DNA from: an uncultured Gemmatimonadales bacterium
Lineage (GTDB): Bacteria > Gemmatimonadota > Gemmatimonadetes > Longimicrobiales > Longimicrobiaceae
Assembly (NCBI GenBank): GCA_963716255.1
Contig: OY970303.1
Coordinates: forward strand, 3,936,001 to 4,000,000
DNA: 64,000 nucleotides
Reading direction: 5' to 3'
Part shown: positions 1 to 11,800 of the stretch, in pieces
Position numbering within the stretch: position 1 is the first letter of the stretch
How the letters are laid out: every line of letters starts with the position of its first letter
The notes under the pieces: generated by a model
The model's database searches: none
What the model saw: only the letters and a program-made list of their open reading frames with translations
Told to the model about the DNA's origin: nothing
Translations under genes and position numbers: made by a program

Positions 1-1319
1 TCGGCGACGAGCTGGGCGCGGACACCCAGGCGCAGCTCGACGACCAGCAGGTGCGGCGCGGCCTGTTCTTCGGCGACAAGCCGCTGTGCACGGTGCTGCG
101 CCCGCGCTTTCTCACCCCGGAGATGTACCGCTTCCTCCAGGCGCGCGTCGCCCTGGTGATGCGCGCCTTCGGCAAGGCGTACGCGGCGGCGGTGGAGGAC
201 GCCGTGTTCCGGAAGCAGTTCGCCCTGGAGGGGTGGGAGGAGGAGCTGATCCACCACGACCCGGGGTTCCGCGACCCCAGCCCCACCTCGCGGCTGGACG
301 CCTTCTTCATCTCCGGGAAGGGGGGGCTCAAGTTCACCGAGTACAACGCCGAGACCCCCGCCGCCCCGGCGTACAACGACGTGCTCTCGGAGATGTTCCT
401 GGGGCTTCCCGCCATGCGGGAGTTCCTGCGCACCTTTTCCGTGCGGCCCCTGCCGGCGCGCCACAACGTGATGCACGCGCTGCTGGACTCGTACCGGCAG
501 TTCGCCGGCCGGCGCGAGGCCCCGCGGGTGGCCATCCTGGACTGGAAGGAGGTCCCCACCTTCAGCGAGTTCGTGCTCTTCCGCGACTACTTCCACTCGC
601 AGGGGATCGAGTGCGTCATCGCGGACCCGCGCGAGGTGGAGTACCGCGACGGAAAGCTCATGGCGGGCGACTTCCACGTCACCCTCATCTACAAGCGCGT
701 CCTCATCACCGAGCTGGTGCAGCAGGGCGGGATGGGGCTGGACCACCCGGTGGTGCGGGCCGTGCGCGACGGCGCCGTGTGCATGGTGAACCCCTTCCGC
801 TGCAAGCTGCTGCACAAGAAGGCGTCGCTCGCCGTGCTCAGCGACGAGCGCAACGAGCACCTGTTCAGCGGGCCGGAGCTGGAGGCCATCGAGGCCAACA
901 TCCCCTGGACGCGCAACCTGGAGGAGCGCCGCACCTTCCACGCCGGGCAGGACGTGGACCTGGTCCCCTACGTGCGCGAGAACCGCGAGCGCATGGTGCT
1001 CAAGCCCAACGACGAGTACGGCGGCAAGGGGATCGTGCTGGGGTGGGAGGTCGACGACGACGCCTGGGAGGCCGCCGTGCGCACGGCGCTGGACTCGCCG
1101 CACATCGTGCAGGAGCGCGTGGAGCTCCCCAGGGCGCTCTACCCCAGCCTGGTGGACGGCAAGGTGCAGCTGGCCGAGCGGATGCTGGACACCGCGCCCT
1201 TCATCTTCCACGGCCAGTACATGGACGGGTGCCTGACGCGCCTGTCCACCGCCGCGCTCCTCAACGTCACCGCCGGAGGCGGCTCCAGCGTCCCCACCTT
1301 CGTGGTGGAGCGGCGATGA
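1..1319 (+). CDS. Circularly permuted ATP-grasp family ligase, 5' truncated by window edge
   Basis: Frame is open from the window start. Motifs [24 protein letters not shown] and LNVTAGGG match CP-ATP-grasp/glutathionylspermidine-synthase-like ligases. Confidence 0.8.
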   Translation, partial: GDELGADTQAQLDDQQVRRGLFFGDKPLCTVLRPRFLTPEMYRFLQARVALVMRAFGKAYAAAVEDAVFRKQFALEGWEEELIHHDPGFRDPSPTSRLDAFFISGKGGLKFTEYNAETPAAPAYNDVLSEMFLGLPAMREFLRTFSVRPLPARHNVMHALLDSYRQFAGRREAPRVAILDWKEVPTFSEFVLFRDYFHSQGIECVIADPREVEYRDGKLMAGDFHVTLIYKRVLITELVQQGGMGLDHPVVRAVRDGAVCMVNPFRCKLLHKKASLAVLSDERNEHLFSGPELEAIEANIPWTRNLEERRTFHAGQDVDLVPYVRENRERMVLKPNDEYGGKGIVLGWEVDDDAWEAAVRTALDSPHIVQERVELPRALYPSLVDGKVQLAERMLDTAPFIFHGQYMDGCLTRLSTAALLNVTAGGGSSVPTFVVERR

Positions 1320-1327
1320 GGGAGACA

Positions 1328-1460
1328 AGGGAACAGGGAATCCCCGCCCTGGCCCCACCCCGCCCCAGGGAACAGGGAACAGCCCCCGGACCGCAAACGA
1401 CCCGGCTGCCTCGTCGTTGCCGTTGCAGGCTGTTCCCTGTTCCCTCTTCCCTGTTCCCTG
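1328..1460. repeat. GGGAACA heptamer runs forming an inverted repeat
   Basis: CAGGGAACAGGGAACAG at 1366-1382 and the complementary CTGTTCCCTGTTCCCT... at 1430-1460; a short run also occurs near 24817. Confidence 0.75.
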
Positions 1461-1476
1461 CTCTCGAAGAGGCCGC

Positions 1477-2586
1477 ATGAAGGCGCCGTCGCTCACCATC
1501 GGGATCGAGGAAGAGTACCAGATCATCGACCCGAAGACGCGGGAGCTGCGCTCCTACATCACCGAGATCCTGCACGACGACCACTTGGTGCTGGGCGAGA
1601 TCAAGCCCGAGCTCCACCAGTCCATCGTGGAGATCGGGACGCGGGTGTGCCAGACGCCCGCCGAAGCGAGTTCCGAGCTGAAGCGCCTGCGGGGGATGGT
1701 GATCGGGCTGGCGGCGCGCAAGGACCTGCGGGTGGCCGCGGCCGGGACGCACCCGTTCACGCACTGGACCACGCAGGAGATCACCCCGCTGGAGCGCTAC
1801 ATGGGGGTGAAGCAGGACATGCAGGACCTGGCGCAGCAGCTGCTCATCTTCGGGACGCACGTGCACATCGGCATCGACGACCGGGAGTTCCTGATCGACG
1901 CCATGAACGTGTCTCGCTACTTCATGCCGCACCTGCTCTGCCTGGCCTCGTCGTCGCCCTTCTGGCAGGGGCGCAACACGGGGCTCAAGTCGTACCGCAG
2001 CGTGGTGTTCCGCAACTTCCCGCGGACCGGCGTCCCGCGGATCATGCGCGGCTGGGCCGACTACCAGTACCTCATGGACACCCTGGTGCGCACCCGCTGC
2101 ATCCCGGACGGCTCCAAGATCTACTGGGACGTGCGGCCGCACCACCTGTACCCCACCCTGGAGTTCCGCTTCCTGGACGTGTGCACCCGGGTGGACGAGG
2201 CGGTGTGCATCGCCGCCATCCTCCAGGCCATCATCGCCAAGCTGTGGAAGCTGCGGCGCGACAACACGACGTTCCGCGTGTACCCGCCCGACCTCATCGA
2301 GGAGAACAAGTGGCGCTCCGTGCGCTACGGGCTGGACGGGCAGCTCCTGGACCTGGGCAAGCAGACCGAGCTGCCGGCGCGCGAGCTGATCCGCGAGCTG
2401 ATCGAGTGGTTCATCGGCGACGTGGTGGACGAGCTGGGGAGCCGCGCCGAGGTGGAGTACGCCTACCGCATCCTGGAGCAGGGCGCCAGCGCCGACCGGC
2501 AGATCGCGACTTTCGAGAAAACGGGCGACCTGAAGGACGTGGTGGACCAGCTGATCCGGGAAACCGCCGAGGGGGTAACGGTGTAA
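1477..2586 (+). CDS. Carboxylate-amine ligase, glutamate--cysteine ligase family 2 (YbdK-like)
   Basis: Motifs [45 protein letters not shown]. Confidence 0.9.
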   Translation: MKAPSLTIGIEEEYQIIDPKTRELRSYITEILHDDHLVLGEIKPELHQSIVEIGTRVCQTPAEASSELKRLRGMVIGLAARKDLRVAAAGTHPFTHWTTQEITPLERYMGVKQDMQDLAQQLLIFGTHVHIGIDDREFLIDAMNVSRYFMPHLLCLASSSPFWQGRNTGLKSYRSVVFRNFPRTGVPRIMRGWADYQYLMDTLVRTRCIPDGSKIYWDVRPHHLYPTLEFRFLDVCTRVDEAVCIAAILQAIIAKLWKLRRDNTTFRVYPPDLIEENKWRSVRYGLDGQLLDLGKQTELPARELIRELIEWFIGDVVDELGSRAEVEYAYRILEQGASADRQIATFEKTGDLKDVVDQLIRETAEGVTV

Positions 2587-2717
2587 GTGGAGCACGCACA
2601 GGGGAATACGTCCCCGGGGGTGGGGCGGTTGCGCGCTCGCCGCGCACGGCGTAGTTTGTGCATCCTCCCCCCTCCCCGGAGTTCCCCGGATCGCCGTTCC
2701 TTTCGCAGGAGTTCGTG

Positions 2718-3497
2718 ATGCAGCACCGTCCCGTCGTCGGAATCCCCACCCAGACCCTGCAGTCCATCGACCGGATCCCGGAGGACCTGCCGCATTCGTG
2801 GGTGATGAACAGCCGCTACTACACGGCCGTGACCTACGTGGGCGGCGTTCCCTGGATGGTCCCGCTCCTGGACGACGACGAGGAAACGCTGCGCGCCATC
2901 TACGACCACCTGGACGGGATCTTCCTGGCGGGGGGCGTGGACGTGGACCCGGGCTCGTACGGCGAGGAGCGCCACGACCTGTGCGGCCGCACCGACCTGG
3001 CGCGCGACCGGGTGGAGCTGCTCTTCGCCAGGTGGGCCATGGAGGAGGGGAAGCCGGTGTTCGGGGTGTGCCGCGGGATGCAGGTGATCAACGTGGCCGC
3101 CGGCGGGACGCTGTACCAGGACTGCGCCGACCAGGTCCCCGAGGCAATCAAGCACGACTACTTTCCCGGGGCCGGCTGGGCGCGCGACCACCTGGCGCAC
3201 GACGTCGTCCTCCCGGAGAGCACGCGGCTGCGCCGGATCTTCGGCGAGGAGCGGGTGATGGTCAACAGCATGCACCACCAGGCCATCCGGCGCCTGGGCG
3301 CGGGGCTGGTGGCTTCCGCGGTGTCGCCGGACGGGCTGCTGGAGGCGGTGGAAGGGACGGGCGAGGCGTTCCTCGTGGGCGTGCAGTGGCACCCGGAGAT
3401 GCTGGTGGAGACCGACCCGGGGACGCTGCGGCTGTTCGAGGAGTTCATCGAGGCGTCGCGGCAGTTCCACGCGGCGCGGATGTTCGCGGCGGCCTGA
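2718..3497 (+). CDS. Gamma-glutamyl-gamma-aminobutyrate hydrolase family (peptidase C26, class I GATase)
   Basis: GGVDVDP, GVCRGMQ nucleophile elbow, VNSMHHQ, GVQWHPE; AGGAG RBS. Confidence 0.9.
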   Translation: MQHRPVVGIPTQTLQSIDRIPEDLPHSWVMNSRYYTAVTYVGGVPWMVPLLDDDEETLRAIYDHLDGIFLAGGVDVDPGSYGEERHDLCGRTDLARDRVELLFARWAMEEGKPVFGVCRGMQVINVAAGGTLYQDCADQVPEAIKHDYFPGAGWARDHLAHDVVLPESTRLRRIFGEERVMVNSMHHQAIRRLGAGLVASAVSPDGLLEAVEGTGEAFLVGVQWHPEMLVETDPGTLRLFEEFIEASRQFHAARMFAAA

Positions 3498-3539
3498 TCC
3501 GATTGGAGGGCGGGTTCGGACGAGCCTCCTGGAGCATCC

Positions 3540-3670
3540 GCGTGAGGGATTACGGCCCGAAGGGGCGAGACCCCGCGGGCAGTTTCGCGGGGGCTCGACT
3601 CCGTTAGCGAGCGTTGTCTGCTCGCTTACGGAGCCGAAGCCCGACCCCGGCGCCAGCCGGGGGCACGCCC
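3540..3670 (-). repeat. Structured dispersed repeat family A, copy 1
   Basis: Reverse complement reads GGGCGTGCCCCCGGCTGGCGCCGGGGTCGGGCTTCGGCTCCGT...ACGGAGTCGAGCC...GTCTCGCCCCTTCGGGCCG.AATCCCTCACGC, as in five other loci. Confidence 0.95.
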
Positions 3671-3699
3671 AACCCCGCAGTAAAAAGGTGTGAGACCCG

Positions 3700-4545
3700 C
3701 TACTTCGCGGGGCGAGTGCTGCGGAGGGGGACGCCCAGGAGGAAGTGGAGCTCCTTGCGCAGGCGGCGAGCCCAGGCGCGCTCGTTGTGGGCGCCGCCCA
3801 TCTCCACCACGTACAGGAAGTTGCGCCCCTTCTCGTAGCCCTTGCGCACCAGGATGTCGCGCAGGCGGCGCACGTCGCGCAGCTCCTCGGAGCCCTCCTG
3901 CGTCCCCACGTCCAGGTACAGCTTGCCGGGGACGAAGGGCGCCTGCTCCACGTGGTCGTACACCCTGCGCCCGGCGAACCAGAGCGCGGGGCTCATCACC
4001 CCCGCGAAGCCGAAGGTCTCCGGGTGGCGGAAGAAGGCGTACAGCGAGATCAGGCCGCCCATGGACGACCCGGCGATCCCGGTGTGCTCCCGCCCGGGCA
4101 GGGTGCGGAAGTCGGCGTCCACCACCGGCTTCAGGGTGTGGACCAGGAAGTCCAGGTACAGGTCGCCGCTGCCGCCGGCCTCGTACTTCTCGTCGCGCCA
4201 GGGGCTGTACTCGTCCAGGCGCGCCTCGCCCATGTTGGGGATCCCCACCACGATGGCCTCCAGCCCCTGCTCGGCCCCCGCTTCCAGCGTCTGGTCCACC
4301 CCCCACTCCGCCCCGAAGCTGGTCGCCTCGTCGAACAGGTTCTGCCCGTCGTGCATGTACACCACCGGGTAGCGCCGCTCGCTGGTCCGGTACGAGGGGG
4401 GCAGGTACACCAGGATGTCGCGGCGGTTGTCGAGCTGGGGGGAATGGAAGTCGTGGAGCACCTTGACCGTCCCCACGACGGTGTGGTGCTCCTCGCGGCC
4501 CTGCGCCGCGGGGTAGTCGTGCCAGTGGGTGGCGTGCGTCGTCAA
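3700..4545 (-). CDS. Alpha/beta hydrolase, putative esterase (IroE/Fes-like)
   Basis: YPVVYMHDGQNLFD, GSSMGG nucleophile, AHNERAW; TTG start inferred. Confidence 0.85.
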   Translation of the reverse strand: MTTHATHWHDYPAAQGREEHHTVVGTVKVLHDFHSPQLDNRRDILVYLPPSYRTSERRYPVVYMHDGQNLFDEATSFGAEWGVDQTLEAGAEQGLEAIVVGIPNMGEARLDEYSPWRDEKYEAGGSGDLYLDFLVHTLKPVVDADFRTLPGREHTGIAGSSMGGLISLYAFFRHPETFGFAGVMSPALWFAGRRVYDHVEQAPFVPGKLYLDVGTQEGSEELRDVRRLRDILVRKGYEKGRNFLYVVEMGGAHNERAWARRLRKELHFLLGVPLRSTRPAK

Positions 4546-4755
4546 GCGTCCTCTCTCCCGTTCCCCGGATCGGTCCGGACCCGTAGCCACCTGGCAGGCG
4601 ACGTGCCAGCCGGGCGGCCGCGGGCGGATGATGGCACCGCGCGAAGCGCCAGGCAACCCTTCCCGCGCGGACGGCGTCGAACTGTCAGGAACTAAGTCCG
4701 TGGCCGGCGACTCGCTCGCGCGGCCCCAGCTTCAAACCCGAAAAGTGGCTGAACG

Positions 4756-5997
4756 ATGCTCACTGCTCGATTCCGTTCGTTCCACCTCGTGGCGGTCGCC
4801 GCGAGTTTCCTGGCCGCCCCCGCGGCCCACGCCCAGCAGACGACGCGCCTCCCCGAGCAGGACCGTGCGCTCGCCCTCCGCACCACCCCGGTGTTCGCCG
4901 TGGGGACCGCGGAGGGACGCGAGTACGAGATGTTCTCGCGCATCGAGCAGGTTGCGTTCGACCGCGCCGACAACCTGTACGTGCTGGACGGCGGCGGCAA
5001 TCGCGTGGTGGTGTTCGACCGCACGGGCAAGTACGTGCGGCAGTTCGGCAAGCAGGGCGGCGGGCCGGGCGAATTCCAGGCCCCGTTCGGGATGACCGTG
5101 CTGGCGGACGGCAGCGTGGCGGTGGCCGACCTGGCCGCCCGCACGTATTCGCTCTTCGGGGCGAACGGGCGGTACCAGCGCAGCGTCCCGTTCCTGGACG
5201 AATACATGCCCATGGCGCTGGGCAGCGGCGGCCTGGCCCCGCACCCGCGCGGCGGCGTGGTGACGGTGCTGCGGCAGATGCCCTCCATGAACGGGGGCTC
5301 GCGCAGCCAGACCCTCCAGTCCACCCCCCTCGTCTGGCAGAGCTTCGCGGCGGGGAGCCGGCCGGTGCGCCTCTTTGACGCGCCCACCCAGATCAACACC
5401 CAGACCCAGGGGAGCGGGCCCGGGCGGCAGCAGCAGCAGTCGGTCCGCATGAGCACGATGGTGTTCTCGCCGGCGGTCAACTGGGGGATGCTCCCGGGCG
5501 GCGACGTGGTGGTGTCGCACACCGACGGGTACACGCTCAAGGTGATGCGCAACGGGCAGCCGGTGCGCTACATCCAGCGCCCCGTGCGCGAGCGCCGCGT
5601 CACCGAGGCCGACCGTGAGCGGGCGCGGGAGCGCCGCCGCGAGCAGATGCGCACCGGCGAGGGGATGCGCCGGATCGTCACCGGGGGCGGGACCATGCCG
5701 CCCATTACGCCGCAGATGATGGAGGACCGCCTGCGCAACATGCAGTTCGCGGAGACGATTCCCGCCATCCAGAGCCTGCGGGTGGACGCCGCCGGACGCA
5801 TGTGGGTGGAGCGCACGGGCAGGGAGTGGGGCCAGCCGGGCCCCATCGACCTGATCGCCGCGAACGGCAGCTACCTGGGCACGGTGACCGGGCAGAGGCT
5901 CCCCGCCGCGTTCAGCGCCTCCGGCCGGGCGGCCTATATCGAGAAGGACGACGAGGGCGTGGAGCGGGTGGTGGTGCGGCAGGTGCCGAACCTCTGA
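4756..5997 (+). CDS. Secreted 6-bladed beta-propeller (NHL-like) protein
   Basis: Signal peptide ending AHA-Q; NHL-like NLYVLD...VVVFDRTGKYVRQFGKQGGGPGEF. Confidence 0.75.
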   Translation: MLTARFRSFHLVAVAASFLAAPAAHAQQTTRLPEQDRALALRTTPVFAVGTAEGREYEMFSRIEQVAFDRADNLYVLDGGGNRVVVFDRTGKYVRQFGKQGGGPGEFQAPFGMTVLADGSVAVADLAARTYSLFGANGRYQRSVPFLDEYMPMALGSGGLAPHPRGGVVTVLRQMPSMNGGSRSQTLQSTPLVWQSFAAGSRPVRLFDAPTQINTQTQGSGPGRQQQQSVRMSTMVFSPAVNWGMLPGGDVVVSHTDGYTLKVMRNGQPVRYIQRPVRERRVTEADRERARERRREQMRTGEGMRRIVTGGGTMPPITPQMMEDRLRNMQFAETIPAIQSLRVDAAGRMWVERTGREWGQPGPIDLIAANGSYLGTVTGQRLPAAFSASGRAAYIEKDDEGVERVVVRQVPNL

Positions 5998-6194
5998 GCC
6001 CGAAACCTCCGGCCGCTTCCCCGCGTAGGGAAGCACGAAGGCCGGAGCGGGATCGTGGGACCACGACGGCGGGCGGCGTTCCGGGGGGGGCGCCGTTCCG
6101 CCGTTGTGTTTTTTCCGGATGGGGGTTAGATGTGCGGGGATCGTTCCGCCGTCCGGCGCCCCCGCCGGACGGGACCCGCCAAGCGAGGTGCCCG

Positions 6195-7127
6195 GTGCGC
6201 ACACCCAGTCCTTGTCGCCGACCCGCGGCCCTCGCCGCCCTCCTCCTCTGCGCCGCCTCCACGGCGCCGCTCGCCGCGCAGGCGCCTTCGGACTCCGTGC
6301 CGCACCGCGTGTACGACGCGCGGGCCGGGCGGTGGACGGACCTGGGCAGGGTGGCCGACGCCCTCGCCGCGGCGGAGGTGGCGTTCGTGGGGGAGCAGCA
6401 CGACGACGCCGGCACGCACCGGCTCCAGCGGGCGCTGCTGGAGGCGCTGGCGGAGCGGCGGGAGCGGGTGGTGGTGGCGATGGAGATGCTCGAGCGGGAC
6501 GTGCAGCCGCTGCTGGACCGCTACCTGGCCGGGGAGGCCGCGGAGGCGGAGTTCCTCGCCGGCTCGCGGCCGTGGCCCAACTACGCGGCCGACTACCGGC
6601 CGCTGGTGGAGCTCGCCCGGGCGCGCCGCTGGCCGGTGGTGGCCGGCAACGTCCCCCGGCGGATCGCGGCGGCGGTGTCGCGCGCCGGCTCGGACACGCT
6701 CGCGTCGCTGCCGGCGGGGGAGCGCTCCTGGGTCGCCGCCGAGCGCGACTGCCCCCGCGACGCTTACCACGACCTGTTCGCCGCGCAGATGCGGGCCCAC
6801 CCCATGCCCGGCTCGGCCGCGGAGCAGGCCGCCGCGACGGAGCGCTTCTACCTGGCGCAGTGCGCCAAGGACGAGACCATGGCGGAGTCGGTGGCGCGCG
6901 CCCTGGAGCGGTACGGGCCGGGGGCGCTGGTGGTCCACTTCAACGGCGCCTTCCACACGGACCGCCGTCTGGGCATCGTCCCGCGGGTGGAGCGGCGGGC
7001 GCCCGGCGCGCGCGTGCTGGTGGTCTCCGCCGTCCCCGTGCCGGAGCCGGACCTCGTGGACCCCGCGGAGTTCCGGGACCGCGGCGACTTCATCCTCTTC
7101 ACCCGCCGACCGCCCCCCGAGCGCTGA
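6195..7127 (+). CDS. ChaN/EreA-like family exported protein
   Basis: VGEQHDD, AMEML, YRPLVELAR, DETMAESV, HFNGAFH; signal peptide; GTG start inferred. Confidence 0.8.
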   Translation: MRTPSPCRRPAALAALLLCAASTAPLAAQAPSDSVPHRVYDARAGRWTDLGRVADALAAAEVAFVGEQHDDAGTHRLQRALLEALAERRERVVVAMEMLERDVQPLLDRYLAGEAAEAEFLAGSRPWPNYAADYRPLVELARARRWPVVAGNVPRRIAAAVSRAGSDTLASLPAGERSWVAAERDCPRDAYHDLFAAQMRAHPMPGSAAEQAAATERFYLAQCAKDETMAESVARALERYGPGALVVHFNGAFHTDRRLGIVPRVERRAPGARVLVVSAVPVPEPDLVDPAEFRDRGDFILFTRRPPPER

Positions 7128-7171
7128 CGGCGCGCCGCCTCCGTCCCCCTCCCGCACTTCCGCACTTCCCC

Positions 7172-7855
7172 TCAGCACCACGGGGCGAACCGCCGCGTCA
7201 GGTCGGCGGGGCGCTCGAACGTCCAGTCCGGCTCCAGCGCGCGGACCTCCTCCAGGAAGCGCTCCCGCTCGCCGGGGGCGTCCTTGGGCCAGAGCGCCGC
7301 GGCCACGCGGGTCCCCGCCGCGCGGCCGGCGCGCAGGTCCCCGGCGGAGTCCCCCACGTACACGGCGGCCCCCGGCGCCAGGCCGAGCGCGCCCAGCGCG
7401 GCGAGCACCCCCTCCGGGTCGGGCTTGGGGGCGCGCACGTCGTCCTCGGTGACCACCACGTCGAAGCGGCCCAGCTCCAGCGCGGCCGCCGTGATTGCCC
7501 AGGCGCGGCGTCCCTTGCCGGTGACGATCCCCAGCCGCATCCCCGCGGCCCGCAGCGCCGCCAGCATCTCCCGCACCCCCTCGTACATCCCCTCGCCCAG
7601 CGCGCCGTGCAGCGCCGCGTAGTGCTCCAGCATGGCGGCGTGGCATTCCGCCACCCGCTCGGCGCCGATCCACTCCGCCAGGAAGCCGCGCTCCGCCGAG
7701 GGGCGCCGCGCCACGATCTCCTCGTCCGTGGGCGCATAGCCCAGCCGCGGCGCGAGGGCGCGGCGGTAGCTTTCCAGGTACAGCCGGTACGTGTCGATGA
7801 GCGTGCCGTCCAGGTCGAAGAGGACGGCGCGCGGGCTTTCGGCGGCTATCGTCAT
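7172..7855 (-). CDS. HAD family hydrolase
   Basis: FDLDGTL, VTGK, KPDPE, YVGDS motifs; start uncertain (7855-7882). Confidence 0.85.
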   Translation of the reverse strand: MTIAAESPRAVLFDLDGTLIDTYRLYLESYRRALAPRLGYAPTDEEIVARRPSAERGFLAEWIGAERVAECHAAMLEHYAALHGALGEGMYEGVREMLAALRAAGMRLGIVTGKGRRAWAITAAALELGRFDVVVTEDDVRAPKPDPEGVLAALGALGLAPGAAVYVGDSAGDLRAGRAAGTRVAAALWPKDAPGERERFLEEVRALEPDWTFERPADLTRRFAPWC

Positions 7856-7963
7856 GCTGTTCATCATCAACAGGATGAGCATCGCCCGCCGACCGCTACC
7901 GTGCGATGAGCGCGCGCGAGGCGATCAAGGTGACGGTCGAACTCTGAAAGGCCCGCCGCCGCG

Positions 7964-8875
7964 TCAGCGCTCCGGCGGGTGTCCCTGCTTCTGGAGGAGC
8001 AGGTAGTCGATGAGCGCGCGCAGCGCCGGCGACGCCTGCCTCCGCGCCGGGTAGTAGAGATAGAACCCGGGGAACGGCGTGGAGAACTCCTCGAGCACCG
8101 CGACGAGCTCCCCCCGCTCGACGTAGGGCCGGACGAGATCCTCCCTTCCCAGGGCGAGCCCGACGCCGGCGGCCGCGAGGCGGATGTTGAGGGCCGAGTC
8201 GTTGGTGAGCACCCGGGCATCGAAGGCCACCGAGAAGTCGTGCCCGTCCTCGGTGAACTCCCAGCGGTAGGGAGCCTCGCCCGGACCCGAGCGCCAGTTG
8301 ATGCAGGCGTGCGCCGGGAGGTCGCGCGGATGCGCCGGCACCGGGTGGTGCGCGAAGTACGCCGGGGCACCGACGACGACGAGCCGCATCCGCCGCGACA
8401 CCGGGACGGTGATCATGTCCTGGTCGATCACCTCCCCCAGCCGGACGCCCGCGTCGTATCCCTCCGCCACGATGTCCGCGGGCTCGTCGCTCAGGATGAG
8501 GTCCGCGCGGATGTCGGGGTAGCGGGCCAGGAACCCGCCGAGCGTCGCCCCGCTGAGGAAGCTTTCCGCGGAGCCGGACACGTTGAGCCGCAGCGTGCCC
8601 CGGGGCTGGCCGGCCATCTCCCCGACCACCCGGACCGCCGCCCGCACCTCGTCCAGGGCGGGGCGCACGACCGCGTACAGCCGCTCGCCGGCCTCGGTCA
8701 GGCGGACGCTGCGCGTGGTCCGCTGCACCAGCGCGACTCCGAGCCGCTCTTCCAGCCGCCGGAGCGCCTGGCTCACCGCCGCGCCGCTCACGCCGAGCTG
8801 CTTGCCGGCAGCGCGGAACCCTTTCGCGTCCGCCACCGCCACGAACATCGCGATCCCGTCCAAAGGGTCGTTCAT
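7964..8875 (-). CDS. LysR family transcriptional regulator (CrgA/DmlR-like)
   Basis: N-terminal HTH (GFRAAGKQLGVS...LEERLGVALVQRTTRSVRLTEAG); divergent from the AKR operon. Confidence 0.92.
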   Translation of the reverse strand: MNDPLDGIAMFVAVADAKGFRAAGKQLGVSGAAVSQALRRLEERLGVALVQRTTRSVRLTEAGERLYAVVRPALDEVRAAVRVVGEMAGQPRGTLRLNVSGSAESFLSGATLGGFLARYPDIRADLILSDEPADIVAEGYDAGVRLGEVIDQDMITVPVSRRMRLVVVGAPAYFAHHPVPAHPRDLPAHACINWRSGPGEAPYRWEFTEDGHDFSVAFDARVLTNDSALNIRLAAAGVGLALGREDLVRPYVERGELVAVLEEFSTPFPGFYLYYPARRQASPALRALIDYLLLQKQGHPPER

Positions 8876-8982
8876 TGTAAACGACACGTTATCATGCTGG
8901 TAAGCGCTGTCAAGTTTATCCGCCGGCCATCTTCCCGTAGCTTGGTTGAACCGAAACGGTCCCCGCGGAAAAGGAAACGACA

Positions 8983-9870
8983 ATGACCGCAAGCAGTCCC
9001 GTGATCGCGCTGAACAACGGCGTCCGGATGCCCGCCCTGGGGCTCGGCGTCTTCCAGAGCAGCCCGGAGGAGACGGCCGGCGCGGTCGAGGCCGCGATCG
9101 CCGGCGGGTACCGGCTCATCGACACCGCCGCTGCCTACTTCAACGAGCGCGAGGTCGGGGAGGGGATCCGGAAGAGCGGCATCGAGCGCTCGGAGGTGTT
9201 CATCGAGACCAAGCTCTGGATCACCGACTACGGCTACGACGCCGCGCTGCACGCGTTCGACAAGAGCGTCGGGAAGCTCGGCGTCGACCAGCTCGACCTG
9301 CTGCTCCTCCATCAGCCGCTCGGGTCGGCCTTCGACCGCACGCTCGACGCCTACCGGGCGCTCGAAACGCTTCTGGCCGACGGCCGGGTGCGCGCGATCG
9401 GCGTGAGCAACTTCATGCCGGGGCACCTCGACCGCCTGCTGGCCGAGACGACCGTCGTGCCCGCCGTGAACCAGGTCGAGGTGCATCCGTACTTCCAGCA
9501 GGCCGCGCTGCAGCGCCTGCACGCCCGGCACGGCATCCTGACCCAGGCCTGGTCGCCCATCGGCGGCATCACCTCATACCGGGGTGCCGGGCGGAGCGCG
9601 TTCGAGGACCCCACGCTGCTCGGGATCGGGCGCCGGCACGGCAGGTCGGCCGCCCAGGTGATGCTGCGCTGGCACCTGCAGCAGGGTCGCTCCGCCATCC
9701 CCAAGTCGGTCAGGGCGGCCCGCATCGCCGAGAACTTCGACGTGTTCGGCTTCGAGCTTTCCGGCGAGGAGCTGGCCGCGATCGACGCGCTCGACACCGG
9801 AGCCCGCGGCGGGCCGGAGCCCGACAGCATCACCCTCGACAACTACGGCATCGCCATCCCCGAGACGTGA
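8983..9870 (+). CDS. Aldo/keto reductase (2,5-DKG reductase-like)
   Basis: GYRLIDTAAAY, ETKLW, IGVSNF, IPKS. Confidence 0.92.
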   Translation: MTASSPVIALNNGVRMPALGLGVFQSSPEETAGAVEAAIAGGYRLIDTAAAYFNEREVGEGIRKSGIERSEVFIETKLWITDYGYDAALHAFDKSVGKLGVDQLDLLLLHQPLGSAFDRTLDAYRALETLLADGRVRAIGVSNFMPGHLDRLLAETTVVPAVNQVEVHPYFQQAALQRLHARHGILTQAWSPIGGITSYRGAGRSAFEDPTLLGIGRRHGRSAAQVMLRWHLQQGRSAIPKSVRAARIAENFDVFGFELSGEELAAIDALDTGARGGPEPDSITLDNYGIAIPET

Positions 9871-9881
9871 GGCGACCGGAC

Positions 9882-11029
<1,148 letters not shown>

Positions 11030-11042
11030 CGAGGACGAGATC

Positions 11043-11768
11043 ATGACACCAGCAGTGCAGCGCCCGCGCGTGATCTGCCACATGGCCGCGTCGGTGGACG
11101 GGCGCATCGTCGTGGACGGCTGGCCCGCCTCGGCGGCGGTGCGCCGCGAGTACGAGCAGGTGCACGCCGCCTACCGGCCCGACGGGTGGATCTGCGGCCG
11201 CGTGACCATGGAGCCGTTCGCCGGAGGCGTCCGCCCCGAGAGCGAGGTCGCGCGGGAGGAGCACGGCGGCGGGCCGCGCGAGGACTTCCGCGCGCCCGGC
11301 GAGCACGGGTCCTTCGCCTTCGCGATCGATCCCCGCGGGCGGCTCGCCTGGGAGTCCAGCGACATCGACGGCGACCACGTCGTCGCGATCCTCTCGGAGC
11401 GCGTGTCCGACGAATACCTCGCCGCCCTCCGGGAGCGCGGCGTGTCGTACCTCCTGGCCGGGGTGCGCGACGTCGACCTGGCGCTCGCGCTGGAAAAGGT
11501 CGGGGCGCGCTTCGGCGTGCGCACGCTGATGCTGGAGGGCGGCGGGCGCATCAACGGCGGGATGCTGCGCGCGGGGCTGGTCGACGAGGTGAGCCTGCTC
11601 GTCGCGCCGGTGGCGGACGGACGCATGGGTACGCCCGCGCTCTTCGACGTGGACGGCGACGACGTGGCGCCGTGCCGGCTCGCGCTGGAGGCGGTGGAGC
11701 GGCGGGCGGACGACATCCTGTGGCTGCGCTACCGGGTGGAGACGCCCGATGCTCCGTCCGCGTCCTGA
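11043..11768 (+). CDS. RibD C-terminal / dihydrofolate reductase family protein
   Basis: HMAASVDGRI, LMLEGGGRING, GLVDEVSLLVAP. Confidence 0.85.
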   Translation: MTPAVQRPRVICHMAASVDGRIVVDGWPASAAVRREYEQVHAAYRPDGWICGRVTMEPFAGGVRPESEVAREEHGGGPREDFRAPGEHGSFAFAIDPRGRLAWESSDIDGDHVVAILSERVSDEYLAALRERGVSYLLAGVRDVDLALALEKVGARFGVRTLMLEGGGRINGGMLRAGLVDEVSLLVAPVADGRMGTPALFDVDGDDVAPCRLALEAVERRADDILWLRYRVETPDAPSAS

Positions 11769-11800
11769 GCCGGCACGGAACGGCTCGTGACTGCGGGGGC

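Noticed and set aside
3614..3838. Recurring small ORFs (LRSRSPTPAP…, REGFRPEGARP…, RDFGPKGRD…) at several loci
   Set aside because: They are translations of the family A repeat; compensatory changes and indels indicate structure, not coding.
8876..8982. LysR T-N11-A operator
   Set aside because: The spacer is AT-rich, but I could not place a convincing dyad.
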